64,000 nt of DNA from NCBI RefSeq assembly GCF_001194135.2, contig NC_068994.1:5740169-5804168 (forward strand), written 5' to 3'. Within the stretch, counting starts at the first letter, position 1. Each line of letters begins with the position of its first letter. The notes below the pieces were generated by a model, which made no database searches, had not been told where the DNA came from, and saw only the letters and a list, made by a program, of their open reading frames with translations. A program made the translations under genes and the position numbers. This document shows positions 20,754 to 51,008 of the stretch, piece after piece. This DNA comes from Octopus bimaculoides (Eukaryota).

Positions 20754-22691
20754 ATGCCTCAAAAATTGCATCAACAACTAAAAGCTGCCCCATTGGTATT
20801 AAAGAAGTTTTTCTGCAGAGTTTGTGGGAAAAGTTTTGCAAGAAGTTTCTGCCTGAAAATTCACATGACATCTCACACCGGAGTAAAATCATATCGCTGT
20901 GAAATCTGTGGTTGGTGCTGCAACTCTAACTACATCCTGAAAATACACACCAGAAGCCACACTGGTGAGAAACCATATTGTTGTGTGAAGTGTCGTAAAG
21001 CTTTCTCGACAAATACAGCGTTGAAGCTACACATGAAGAGACATACTGGAGAGAAGCCCTTCCGTTGCAACATCTGTACTGTTAAGGCATTTGTCACAAA
21101 ATCTGAGCTAAACCTTCACCTAAGAAGTCACTCCATTGAACAGCAATTTGTCTGCGTTACTTGCCACAAAGGCTTTGTGAAAATGTCACTGCTAAAGGTC
21201 CACGAGAGGATTCACACTGGTGAGAAACCCTATAAATGCAAGCTGTGTGATAAATGGTTCCGGACCAATTCTATTTTGAATGTTCATACCAAAAGACACA
21301 TGGCAGAAAAGCCACACAAGTGTGAGATTTGTGGGAAAAGTTTCAAGACAAAATCAGAACTGACCATCCACAGAAGGTACCACACTGGAGAAAAACCCTA
21401 TACATGTGAAACTTGTGGTAAAGGTTTCTCTGTAAATTCCGATCTTAAATTTCACATGCGTATTCATACAGGTGAGAAACCGTTTCTCTGCATTATATGT
21501 GGTAAACGTTTCAAGCTGAAAAAAGAGTTGAAAGTTCATACCAGGACTCACACAGGTGAGAAACCATTTAATTGTGATATCTGTGGAAAGAAATTTAGCA
21601 CTAATTATAGGGTGAAGATTCACAGTCGAGTTCACACAGGTGAGAAACCTTACAAATGTAGTATGTGTGACAAAAGTTTTACACATGGCACAAATCTAAA
21701 AGTTCATACGTTGGTACATTCTGGTGTGAAATCTTGGCTGTGTGAGGTGTGCAATAAAGGTTTCTATACAAAAAAGGCTCTGAATTTTCATAGTAGATGC
21801 CATACTGATGAAAGGCCATTTGTGTGTGCTGTGTGTGGCAAGGCTTACCTGAGGCAAAGAAACCTAAGGAGGCACATGTTTTCTCATACAGGTGAAAAAC
21901 ATCATCGTTGTAAAATATGTGGCAAAGTTTTTCACCAAATTTCCGACTTGGTCATTCACTCCAAATTGCATCAAACGAAAGATAGTCATGAGGAAGAGGT
22001 TATGAACAAACAACTTAAGGCTATCAGAAAGCAGCTTCGATGTGCCGTGTGTAAGTTGTGCTGCCCTTCTGATTCTTCACTGAAAACCCACTTGGAAACA
22101 CATGCTGGAGAGAAACCTTATCCTTGTGAAGTTTGCAATGAAAGCTTCTCTGCTTTGTCTCAGGTAAAGGCTCACATGCAGACGCACAACAAAGAAAAAT
22201 GTTACATGTGTAAGGTATGTGGGAAAGGCTACACTAGGAAATCTTACTTGAAGGTTCATTCAATGATCCACACTGGAGAGAAACCATTTCATTGTGATAT
22301 CTGTGGCAAAGATTTCATCACAACTTCACAGTTAAAGACTCACAACATTGTTCACAGCAAAGAAACAAAGAACACTTGTAAAGTCTGTAGGAAAGGTTTT
22401 ACTACATCAGAACAGTTTCAGCTTCACCTCAAAGTGCATTATAATGAAAGACAGTTTCCTTGTGATGTTTGTGGTAATCGCTTTAGGTCTAACAGTCATT
22501 TGAAGTCACATATGATCACTCATACAGGTGAGAAGCTGTACCAATGCGAACAGTGTGACAAGGCATTTGCACGAAGTTCTACCTTAAAAATTCATTTGAG
22601 GACCCACTCAGGTGCAAAACTTAAACCTTCTCAGTGTAGCAAATCTACTGAACTGAACAGACTCCTGTCAGCAACGTGTGGTGAATATTAG
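20754..22691 (+). CDS. Tandem C2H2 zinc-finger protein, 21 fingers (14+7), 645 aa, no recognisable effector domain
   Basis: Repeated Cx2Cx12Hx3H with TGEKPY-type linkers. The ORF track start at 20742 is TTG; the first ATG is 20754, with an in-frame TAA at 20730-20732. Splice acceptor (T)n-CTCAG ends at 20705; AATAAA near 22912. Confidence 0.93.
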   Translation: MPQKLHQQLKAAPLVLKKFFCRVCGKSFARSFCLKIHMTSHTGVKSYRCEICGWCCNSNYILKIHTRSHTGEKPYCCVKCRKAFSTNTALKLHMKRHTGEKPFRCNICTVKAFVTKSELNLHLRSHSIEQQFVCVTCHKGFVKMSLLKVHERIHTGEKPYKCKLCDKWFRTNSILNVHTKRHMAEKPHKCEICGKSFKTKSELTIHRRYHTGEKPYTCETCGKGFSVNSDLKFHMRIHTGEKPFLCIICGKRFKLKKELKVHTRTHTGEKPFNCDICGKKFSTNYRVKIHSRVHTGEKPYKCSMCDKSFTHGTNLKVHTLVHSGVKSWLCEVCNKGFYTKKALNFHSRCHTDERPFVCAVCGKAYLRQRNLRRHMFSHTGEKHHRCKICGKVFHQISDLVIHSKLHQTKDSHEEEVMNKQLKAIRKQLRCAVCKLCCPSDSSLKTHLETHAGEKPYPCEVCNESFSALSQVKAHMQTHNKEKCYMCKVCGKGYTRKSYLKVHSMIHTGEKPFHCDICGKDFITTSQLKTHNIVHSKETKNTCKVCRKGFTTSEQFQLHLKVHYNERQFPCDVCGNRFRSNSHLKSHMITHTGEKLYQCEQCDKAFARSSTLKIHLRTHSGAKLKPSQCSKSTELNRLLSATCGEY

Positions 22692-24479
22692 GATGACATT
22701 TCTAAGATACTAAGCATGGATCTAGGTTGAACTGGTAGATAAAGTGTCAGCTTTTCTGCCACAGGTTTGTAGCACAAGTTGTGCTACATGCTCAATCCTT
22801 GCAGCCAGCCTTTGCTTACGATCATACTGTTTCTAAACAATAAGTACTTGGATCATATTTCCACTGAAGCACATCTCATTCATTTCAATTAATTTTGAAA
22901 ATAATGAATTTAATAAAATAATTTTGTCACTATTAAACCAAAGGCCCAAGCTGGCAGAATCGTTAGCACGCCAGGCAGAATCATTAGCGACATTTCATCC
23001 GTCTTTACATTCTGAGTTCAAATTCCGCTGAGGTCGACTTTGCCTTTCATCCTTTCGGGATTGATAAATTAAGTACCAGTTGCATACTGAGGTTGATCTA
23101 ATCGACTAGCCCCGTCTTCAAAAATTTGGGGCCTTATGTCTGGAGTAGAAACAAATATCAATCCATCTCTGGCCACTCCAAGTTCTAGGATACAAAACCG
23201 TTTTGAAGTGTTCACATCTAAATTAAAACCTGGCTCAATTATGAGATAGTTTTACTAAATTATTTTCAAAGTTAATTAAAATGCATGGACAGTGTATTTA
23301 GTTAGGAATATGGTCCATTATCCTGTTAATAGAACAGGAGAGGTTCTGAGTGTTAATTTAGTCCACAAGTCTTCGGTTGAAAGTCTAAATATATTTGTCC
23401 TTTATGTGATTTTCTAAACAAGGAACATAAAACACAGTTTGACTAATAAATGGAGTCTGTACAAATCAAAGGATCTTGTAATACTTATGTGTATTTAGGC
23501 TCTGGCTCCGGCTCCGGTGAGTTTTGAGTCACCTCCAGTGGATAAGGTGCTGGTTTTTTGTCAGTATTATTGCCTGATCTGGAGCTAAAAATAGCACCCA
23601 AGTATCTCTCCGATAACATTCTGCTATCTGAAAAGAAGGATGCAATATGTAGTCCAAGCTACCCTATCTCTGAAAAATAAACGTGGTGGTCATGACTGGA
23701 AGACTTGATTATAGACCTGCTGAATCTGGACTGACCCAACAGAGCAGGCTTATGATCAAAAAGAGATTTTTCTTTTACAAACAGTTTAGTAAAGAAGAAA
23801 AGACATTTTCTAAAAGTCCAGCATCATCATCAGTGACATCAGTAACAAGAGAATGCACATTGCTAGAATTAACAGTACAAGTTTTTTATTTCTTTCCAAC
23901 AGAAGAAAAAAAAAAAAAAGGAAATATTTCTATCACACAATTATGTCCAACAGGCTTTTAGGAAAGGTTTAGAAAAAAAAAAAATAAATATATAATAGCC
24001 ATCCCTACCAAGGAAAAAAAAAATTTTTGTATATTTTAAGGGGATGAAAATCATGACAGCTTTCAGAACACTTCTAAAACAATCACTGCCACCACATTCA
24101 TTAAAATCAAAGACCAAGTTTTCTTCTTCAAATTCTTTGGACAATAATAAACATTGAAACAGTAACAGGATTATTGTATTATTACTGAGATTGTCTATAA
24201 ACCAAATTTTTTTTCAAAGGGAANNNNNNNNNNNNNNNNNNNNNNNNNNNNNNNNNNNGGGTTTCTTTTTTCTTTTTTATATATTTTCAAAATTTATTGA
24301 AATTTAGAACAGATAAGAAATTATTATTGTTTGAAATCACTCTTGTATTTTTAATGTAATTATTTTTGTCAACAGCAATAGTAGTGGTTTCTAAAGTTGT
24401 AATTTTTTCTTTTTGTATCAGTTTTTGCCCTTCTGTTTTCCACATGCATCCAGTGTGCTTAATAACTAGAGAATATGTA

Positions 24480-24524
<45 letters not shown>

Positions 24525-25252
24525 ACGTGTTTGTGTCAGCAATACAAAGGAGGTTTTCTGTGTATCAATGAACATCATCAAAAAATGTTAGTGTCTACCA
24601 CAGGAAAGAGATGCCAAAGATAAACCTATTGATTTCAGCCAATGGTGGGCTGAAGCAGAGAATAATCTGTCTACATTGGTGTGTGTAAATTTATAGTGAG
24701 TGTACATATAGTGTGTGTGTGAGAGAGAGAGAGAGAGAGAAAAAAAAGAAAGAAAGTGAGAGAGAATTTTAGTGCATCTGAAGAGAGGATCCACTGCTAA
24801 AGCTAATTTTCTGCAAGACTAACAAGAATTTGAACAACAACTGCTAATATAACAATAATTATAACAACAATGAAGAGATAGAGCATTGAAACCCACAATC
24901 AACACCTCTTCATCCTCCCAATATCATACAGCAGTGGATGTTATGCTTTGGTCCTGTTCATAAGGAGGGGGTACCCACAGATTTTATTGAGTTTTCTGTT
25001 TATATATGTATGTGTATCTGTATACATGTATGAGCAATTAATCCTACAAGGTATGTATGTGTACATTATATATATATATATATATATATAATGACAGTGA
25101 TGTAGAAAACGACAGTGGATGAAATGCCACACCACTCATGGAGCTCGCCAAACAGCTTTCATGTGTATGTNNNNNNNNNNNNNGGGGGGGGGGGGAGTTG
25201 GAATGTTTTGTGCAAGAACCAGGAGATTCGTGGTGCAGTTGCAGCAAGCCCT

Positions 25253-44171
<18,919 letters not shown>

Positions 44172-47100
44172 CTTTGATGTTTGGTTGCAATTATTCTATG
44201 CCGCGGTGGTTGAAGATGATGATGGTTATGTTCCAAATTGTGTAAAAGAAACAGAATATCTTAGACTTGTGAAACAAATATTCAGTTCTTCATGAGATAA
44301 AGAGTTGATTTATAAAAAAATAATTAAAAGAAAGGGTATAAAGGTCAAACGACTTGTGATTAATCTCTCAACCAGTTATCATTGACAAAGATATGGATTT
44401 TTGTGGAGGACGACGGCGATCTGGTAATGTTCACTGTCACGGGATGAAACAGGGGCAAGTAACTGCGAAATAAGTAAACAAAGAGGAAGGGGAAGAAAAT
44501 AGTGAATGGGAGGCGGTGAAGAATGATTATATAAGGTATTGAGTAGTGGGAGGAGGAGATATTCGTGAATGTTAAAGGGAGGTAATTCAAAATTATTTGT
44601 CGATCGTTTATTATAATATCCATTCATATTATTAGAAAATATCGATCATCGATCTATGTGAAGAAGAAAAGTTGGCCCTCGGCGAGATTTGAACACAAAA
44701 CGTGGAAATATAGGCAATTTGTTGGACACTCTAACGATTTTATTAATCTATCCACTATGAAATAGTTTATTGCTATTGAGAAAAAATTGTTGAAGTCGGC
44801 TCTGAACAAGCAAACATCGCCAAAAGCATTCCTTTCAGACTTGACAAAACCAGTCTTCGTTTTGTTTTGTCTTTTTTTTTTACTTTTTTATGGGATCCAT
44901 TTTCCCCACACCGCTGTGATATTATGGAAAAGTTTTTTTGTTTTAGGTTGTTTTTTTTTCTTGTCAAAAAGTGACATTACGTCAATCTCAACTTTATTTA
45001 TATTAAAGAAATTAAACCTCAAATTAACATTTACTCTGAAATTTTTGCAAACCCTACACCTATATCCTAACCCGAACCCTATTTTAAGAGTATATTTGTT
45101 GCTATGAGAACAAATAACAAATAGTGGATTCCGTAATGAGTTCAAATCCCGCCAGGGTCAACTTTTCTTCTTTATCCTTTCATGGAAATTATATCCTTCT
45201 ATAAGAAAAAAAAGACGGGATGGTCACGGTTGAAATGATTTTGAACGCAAGATTGATCTTGGTAATAGGAAGAGCTCCATTCAGCATCATTGTTTCTACA
45301 TCAGTGACATTATATGGAGAAGTCACCTCGCCAATACGAAGAAGCTTCTACGCGGTCGTTTTATATGCTGGAAATAATAACCAAATCTCTCTCAAATCAC
45401 ACCTTTCAGTCCTGTAAAAAAAATTGAGGATACATTGATTAATGTAGTCCTGAAAAGAAAAAAACAGATGGTTACTAGAACGTCTTCAATCATAAATCTC
45501 CTTGTTCGGGATTAAACAAATAATTCACACATTTTATATTTATTAATATAAAATGTGTATAAGTAAGGTGAATGGGCAGAATCGTTAGCACGCCGGACTA
45601 AATGCTCAGCAGCATTTCGTCCGTCTTTTAGTTCAAATTCCACCGTGGTTGGCTTTACCTTTTATCTTTTCGGGGTCGATAAAATAAGTATTATTCAAGC
45701 ACTGGGGTCGATGTAATCGACTTAGCCCTTCCCCTCAAATTACTGGCCTTGTGCCAAAATTTGAAACCAATATATGATATATAGTACCAATCAAATACTA
45801 GAAACGATGGCACTGACTAATTAACGTGCAAGAGCACACCACAGACACGCGTAATCTTAACTTAGTTCTCAGGGAGATTCAGAATGAAAGAGAATGTGAC
45901 AAGGATAACACTTTGAAGCACAAGTACTACGCATTTGTACCAGCTGAGTTGACTGGAGCAACATTGAATAAAGTGTTTTGCTTAAGGACAACCGAACCAC
46001 TAAGACACGCGTCTTCACAAGCTAGAAACTATGGTTGAGCAAGTATAGCTAGGGGAATACGAGTGAGACGGTCCGCCTCGAGCAACGCCTTTATGCGTGC
46101 TGCACTTTTGGGGGCCTGCTATATAAACCTGTATAAGTATGGGAACCCGGTGGGTGCGGAAATTCAAGGGCTGTCCCGGACGCGAAATTTTTTCCCACGA
46201 GAGTTCCGGATCCCAGTTATGAACTCATTTGTATACAGCCGATCAGTATTTCTTTACTACCCCCCCCCCTTGTGGGTAGTAAAGAAATAACACACATACA
46301 CATGCATAAAAGGATAGGTATGAATACAGATTTTCAGTTTTGCCTGTTACAACGTATATTTTAATAAAGATAACACAACGTTTTTGCTTTACCCAGAAGC
46401 TTCGTAAAATCTTACAAGTTTGACAATCTGTTAGAATTCTAGACGACCCTCCATTTTAGCAATCGATGAGTATATCTAGTGCAAGCTATTAGTAGTCAAC
46501 TGCGCAATGGACTTTGCGTAATATTTTTAAGAATTCGTCTTCTTTTAAGACAACATTCCATTGCATTGAAACATGACAAAAAGCCAAATAGACATGTGTT
46601 GTTTGATTAGCAGTCACTTGCGCAGCTACTTATATTCCAGAGAAATCGAAGAGAAAGTTGTTTAAGGAGAAAGGAATGTGGTGAGAACATAACATCTTGT
46701 GCATTGTTCATTGTGAAGGTAATAATAATTACATCGCCATCTCTTTCAGAAAACACCGTTAGGTTAGTCAGTGTAAAAGCTAGATTAAATAACCTTTTGT
46801 CTTGAATTTCTGCCTTGACATTACTAACGTCAATTTAACTCTGATTCTTAAGAATGGGACATGAATTTAAGGAAATTAGTTTGAGGATTGCATTTAGCGG
46901 TTTACGATTTCCAGTTCAAGCTCTAGCTGTATTGGTTTCACTTAATTTTATCATTCTGAAGAATAAGTTTGTCCAATTGGTTGGAAACGACATTGATTAA
47001 GCTTTTTTTTTTTTTTTTTTTTTTTAGTTCAACTCGTATGTGATCTCTTTACCCCTGACAAGTCTCACTGACTTCCAGTTCTTTAAAACTGTAGGGGCAG

Positions 47101-48245
47101 TCGTAAATTATCAATTCATCCTTTGATTTTCGTTTCCTCCTCATTGCCACTAACTTCGAAAGAGATGTCTGAGACGTTTAGTTCCTGTGTGTTTAGCAGG
47201 TATCGAAACCTCGGGCTAGGTTTTTCTATTACCTTCTTTCCTTTGTTCTCGGCATCAGTACTCGGAAATGTACGAGAGTCAACTGTCATGCTTCTTTCAC
47301 CTTAGCTAAGCCTTGTTCTTTCCCTCGACATCTTAGTTGAAATTTAGTTACTGATAAACTTCTGTCCACTTTGTTTCTTCTTCCTACCTACTTTTAGCTT
47401 TCAAACATGTAGAAGTTCGCACCTTCCCCGTATATTTTCAGACAATTCGTTTTCGGTCCTGGACGTCGCACATCTATCTCTTTCTAGCATCGACACAAAC
47501 ATTACCAAATGTTCTGCAACCCTTATGGTTACTACCATCACTTTACCACTGGAAAACAGCCGACTACTTCAGAGTCTGCACACCATCCCTGACGAGGGAA
47601 AATGTGACGGATAAATGAAGTTCTTAAGAATTTCCTTTTTTCTTCTGTTAATTCATTTTGGTGCATATCTCACTGTTCCACAAAGATTTAATTAACCTGC
47701 TATTAATTCTAATCACCACTGCATCCGTTACATCTATCAGTAATGTAACATATACCTGTTACATATCTCATGCTGTTTCAGGAAGAGTAACCCTTGTCAA
47801 GCTGATTTGCTTAGAATACATATAGTAAAGACTATGGGATCGATAGTGCACCTAATAGACAATAATCTAAGGCAGTACTTCTCAAACTCTCTGATGTAAC
47901 GTACTCTTTAGCCTCACATCTGTATGAATACATATTCTTTTATTTTTTCACTTGCTTCAATCATTTGACTGCGGCCATGCTGGAGCATCGCATTTAATCG
48001 AACAAATCGACCCCAGGACTTATTCTTTGTTAGCCTAGTACTTCATCTATCCGTCTGTTTTGCCGAACCGCTAAGTTACGGGGACGACCTCAAAATTGCT
48101 GGTCTTGTGCCAACATCAGAAACTGGCATTAAAAATATAAATGATCCCGTTGATATTAATAACAAATACATTTGGCTGAACAAGAGTAACAAGTGTAGAG
48201 AATTAGCAACAAAAGTGTCGCCCCTTTTAGTAAAATATCACAAGC

Positions 48246-48250
48246 AAAAA
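48246..48250 (-). terminator. Pol III terminator (T5) of tRNA-Leu
   Basis: TTTTT on the minus strand 5 nt after the tRNA 3' end. Confidence 0.75.
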
Positions 48251-48255
48251 CTAGC

Positions 48256-48337
48256 TGGCAGTGATGGGATTCGAACCCACGCCTCCGAAGAGACTGGTGC
48301 CTAAAACCAGCGCCTTAGACCACTCGGCCACACTACC
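48256..48337 (-). tRNA. trnL-UAG: tRNA-Leu (anticodon UAG), 82 nt, long variable arm
   Basis: GGTAGTGTGGCCGAGTGGTCTAAGGCGCTGGTTTTAGGCACCAGTCTCTTCGGAGGCGTGGGTTCGAATCCCATCACTGCCA. Full cloverleaf with anticodon stem CTGGT/ACCAG and loop TT-TAG-GC; A and B boxes intact. Confidence 0.96.
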
Positions 48338-50559
48338 TCTCTGCCTGCTGATGTTCAAAAATATATAATAGTAATGAATTTAACAGATTATGTGTGTGCG
48401 TACAAATATACGTACAGACATGCGTTTCTACGTACATATTTGCGTAGTGACGCAGACGAGGTCGAGTAGTTAAAAACTTCACCTTGCAAACTTCAAGTCA
48501 CGAGTTCGATCNNNNNNNNNNNNNNNNNNNNNNNNNNNNNNNNNNNNNNNNNNNNNNNNNNNNNNNNNNNNNNNNNNNNNNNNNNNNNNNNNNNNNNNNN
48601 NNNNNNNNNNNNNNNNNNNNNNNNNNNNNNNNNNNNNNNNNNNNNNNNNNNNNNNNNNNNNNNNNNNNNNNNNNNNNNNNNNNNNNNNNNNNNNNNNNNN
48701 NNNNNNNNNNNNNNNNNNNNNNNNNNNNNNNNNNNNNNNNNNNNNNNNNNNNNNNNNNNNNNNNNNNNNNNNNNNNNNNNNNNNNNNNNNNNNNNNNNNN
48801 NNNNNNNNNNNNNNNNNNNNNNNNNNNNNNNNNNNNNNNNNNNNNNNNNNNNNNNNNNNNNNNNNNNNNNNNNNNNNNNNNNNNNNNNNNNNNNNNNNNN
48901 NNNNNNNNNNNNNNNNNNNNNNNNNNNNNNNNNNNNNNNGTGTAAAAGGAAACAAACATATAAAAAGAAAATTTATGCATAAACTTAATCGGTTCGTGTT
49001 TTAACCACTGCCGAGTAGTGTGTTTAATTTGTTCACTGAACACTGCTGCGAATTCCCCCTTGTTTTTCAAAAATCCCCCCTAAATCACAAAATAAGGTGC
49101 CCTATTTTTCAAATCCTGGCAGTAACACTGAAGCTGGAAGCAGGATAATAATCTAAAACACGTTTTTAAGCACAACACAAGCAGAGTCAAAAAGAAACAC
49201 TGCCTTTCACCGGCACTGTGTGAACGACAGTGCCGTCTCTCCCTAGCATGAAGCTTCCTATCTCGGACATGTGAGCATGTGCAAAACAGCCGAAAGTGCA
49301 CAGTTCTATACAAAGATTTTTTTTTTTTTTTCATAAACTAGGGGATGGCTACTGACATAAAGCTTAAGGAATATATAATGTCCAAGTATAAAGAAATAAT
49401 TAAAGAAGAAAGAACTCGTTATATTGAATGTTATCGATAATATCGAGTGGAATTAGGGGGTGCTGCAGCTCCACAGTTCCTATACAGGAGCCGCCACTGC
49501 CTGGGACAAAACATGCAATTGGTACAAGCGGCACCACCTTATGCCAAAAACACACGTCTTACGCTGCCGCCGCTGTAGCAACTCCACCGTCTCCTACCAC
49601 TTGTATGTGATTTTTCAAATTGCTATCTTCTGTGCAATTTTTTAATCAAATTGTGTGTGGGGGGTGGGGGAGAGAGAGATTACTTAAGCTCAGATTAATG
49701 CTGCAATTGAAAAAACTGAAGTCAACAAGAATATACCATGTGTGTGTGTGTGTGTGTACGTGTATCTGTTTCTGTGTTTGTCCTCCCCCCCCACCCGCCA
49801 TCGCATGACAACCGATGCTGGTGTGTTTACGTCCCGGTAACCTAGCAGTTCCGCAAAAGAGACCGATAGAATAATTACTAGGCTTAAAGAATAAGTCCTG
49901 GAGTCAATTTCTTCGACTAAAGCCCTTTAAGGCGGTGCTCCAGCTTGGCCGCAGTCAAATGACTGAAACAAATAAAAGATTAGAAGAATATATGTAGAAT
50001 ATATATATATATAATTAAATTAAGCAGCGGTTTGGCAATTAATCACCAAAAAGGAAAACTTTAATTGTCATTAGATATGGTAGAAGGCGTTAGAACACCT
50101 ACAATGCTAGCAGGAGCTGGTTTGTTTATGTCCTTGTAACGTATCGGTTCACTGGAAGAGACCATTAGAATGAGTACCAGGCTATAAAAAAAAGTACTGG
50201 TGTCTGTTCCTTCGACTGAAGTCCTTGAAGGCGATGCTACAGCTTGACCGCAACACACGCATAGACATATACGCAAAAACTCGTGAGAAAATAAAAGTGA
50301 ACATTTGTTTTTAAGACGCTAGAATTAAAGATCGACTAAATTTATTTATAAGACTACAAATAAAATCATTATCTAATAAAATACACATTTAAAAAGTCTT
50401 TATTTATTTTCATTTGAAAACAGACATTATCAAATTTACATCTTAAAACGTTCGTTTTTAGTTAAAACAAATTTAACAACGTGTCAGAATAGTATTCTGT
50501 TTTATTCTGTTGAATTCTGTTTTATTTTATTATTCTATTATTCTGGTTCCACTAATCCA

Positions 50560-50582
50560 GACGTCACAAACCAAACTTCCTG
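50560..50582 (+). promoter_or_regulatory. Candidate UFD1 proximal promoter: CRE-like GACGTCA plus ETS-like ACTTCCTG
   Basis: Two housekeeping-type motifs 9 bp apart in otherwise very AT-rich DNA, about 430 bp upstream of the candidate ATG exon; motif evidence only. Confidence 0.3.
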
Positions 50583-51005
50583 TTTACTATTTTCCAAGTC
50601 ATCTTATTGCTCCGCAGTTAATAAAACATTAATATAAATAAAATCCCATATTTAATTATTTCCAATTATATTTATTTTAATCGTTCTTATAATTCCCATA
50701 TTACACTAAACTTCACATAGAATAAATATATAAAGGCAATACAATTTTGACAACAATATAGTAAGTGCGCAACTGTTTAATAAACATTGAGGAAAATTTC
50801 GTGTCTGGATTTCCATCCTTTTTTATCTTGATTGAGTTAAATTCTCTCCATAATATTTACATTTAACGAGTATATATAATTACAAGGATTAAATAGGCAA
50901 TATCATATCCCAAGGATATATCTTTTTTGATATATTTTAATTCCATATTGAGAATATTAATATTTTAATTAACCTTGTGTAGAGTTTTGAAGAAAAACAA
51001 TTCCA

Positions 51006-51008
51006 ATG
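51006..51008 (+). CDS. UFD1: UFD1 candidate exon 1 coding part (ATG only)
   Basis: ATG followed directly by a consensus donor GTAAGT; phase 0 fits exon 2, which has no start codon at its 5' end. The true exon could instead lie in the gap at 54572-55213. Confidence 0.55.

Noticed and set aside
47100-47620. Unique-looking, moderately GC-rich stretch (similarly 41950-42230 and 4330-4640) suspected of being retroelement coding remnants
   Set aside because: No recognisable peptide motif in any frame I translated; needs BLASTX/Dfam to classify.
48449-48511. tRNA-like sequence next to tRNA-Leu (A-box-like GGTCGAGTAGTTAA, loop CTTGCAA, B box GAGTTCGATC)
   Set aside because: The anticodon stem does not pair, it aligns loosely to SINE family A heads, and it is cut by an N-gap; treated as an old SINE head rather than a tRNA-Ala gene.
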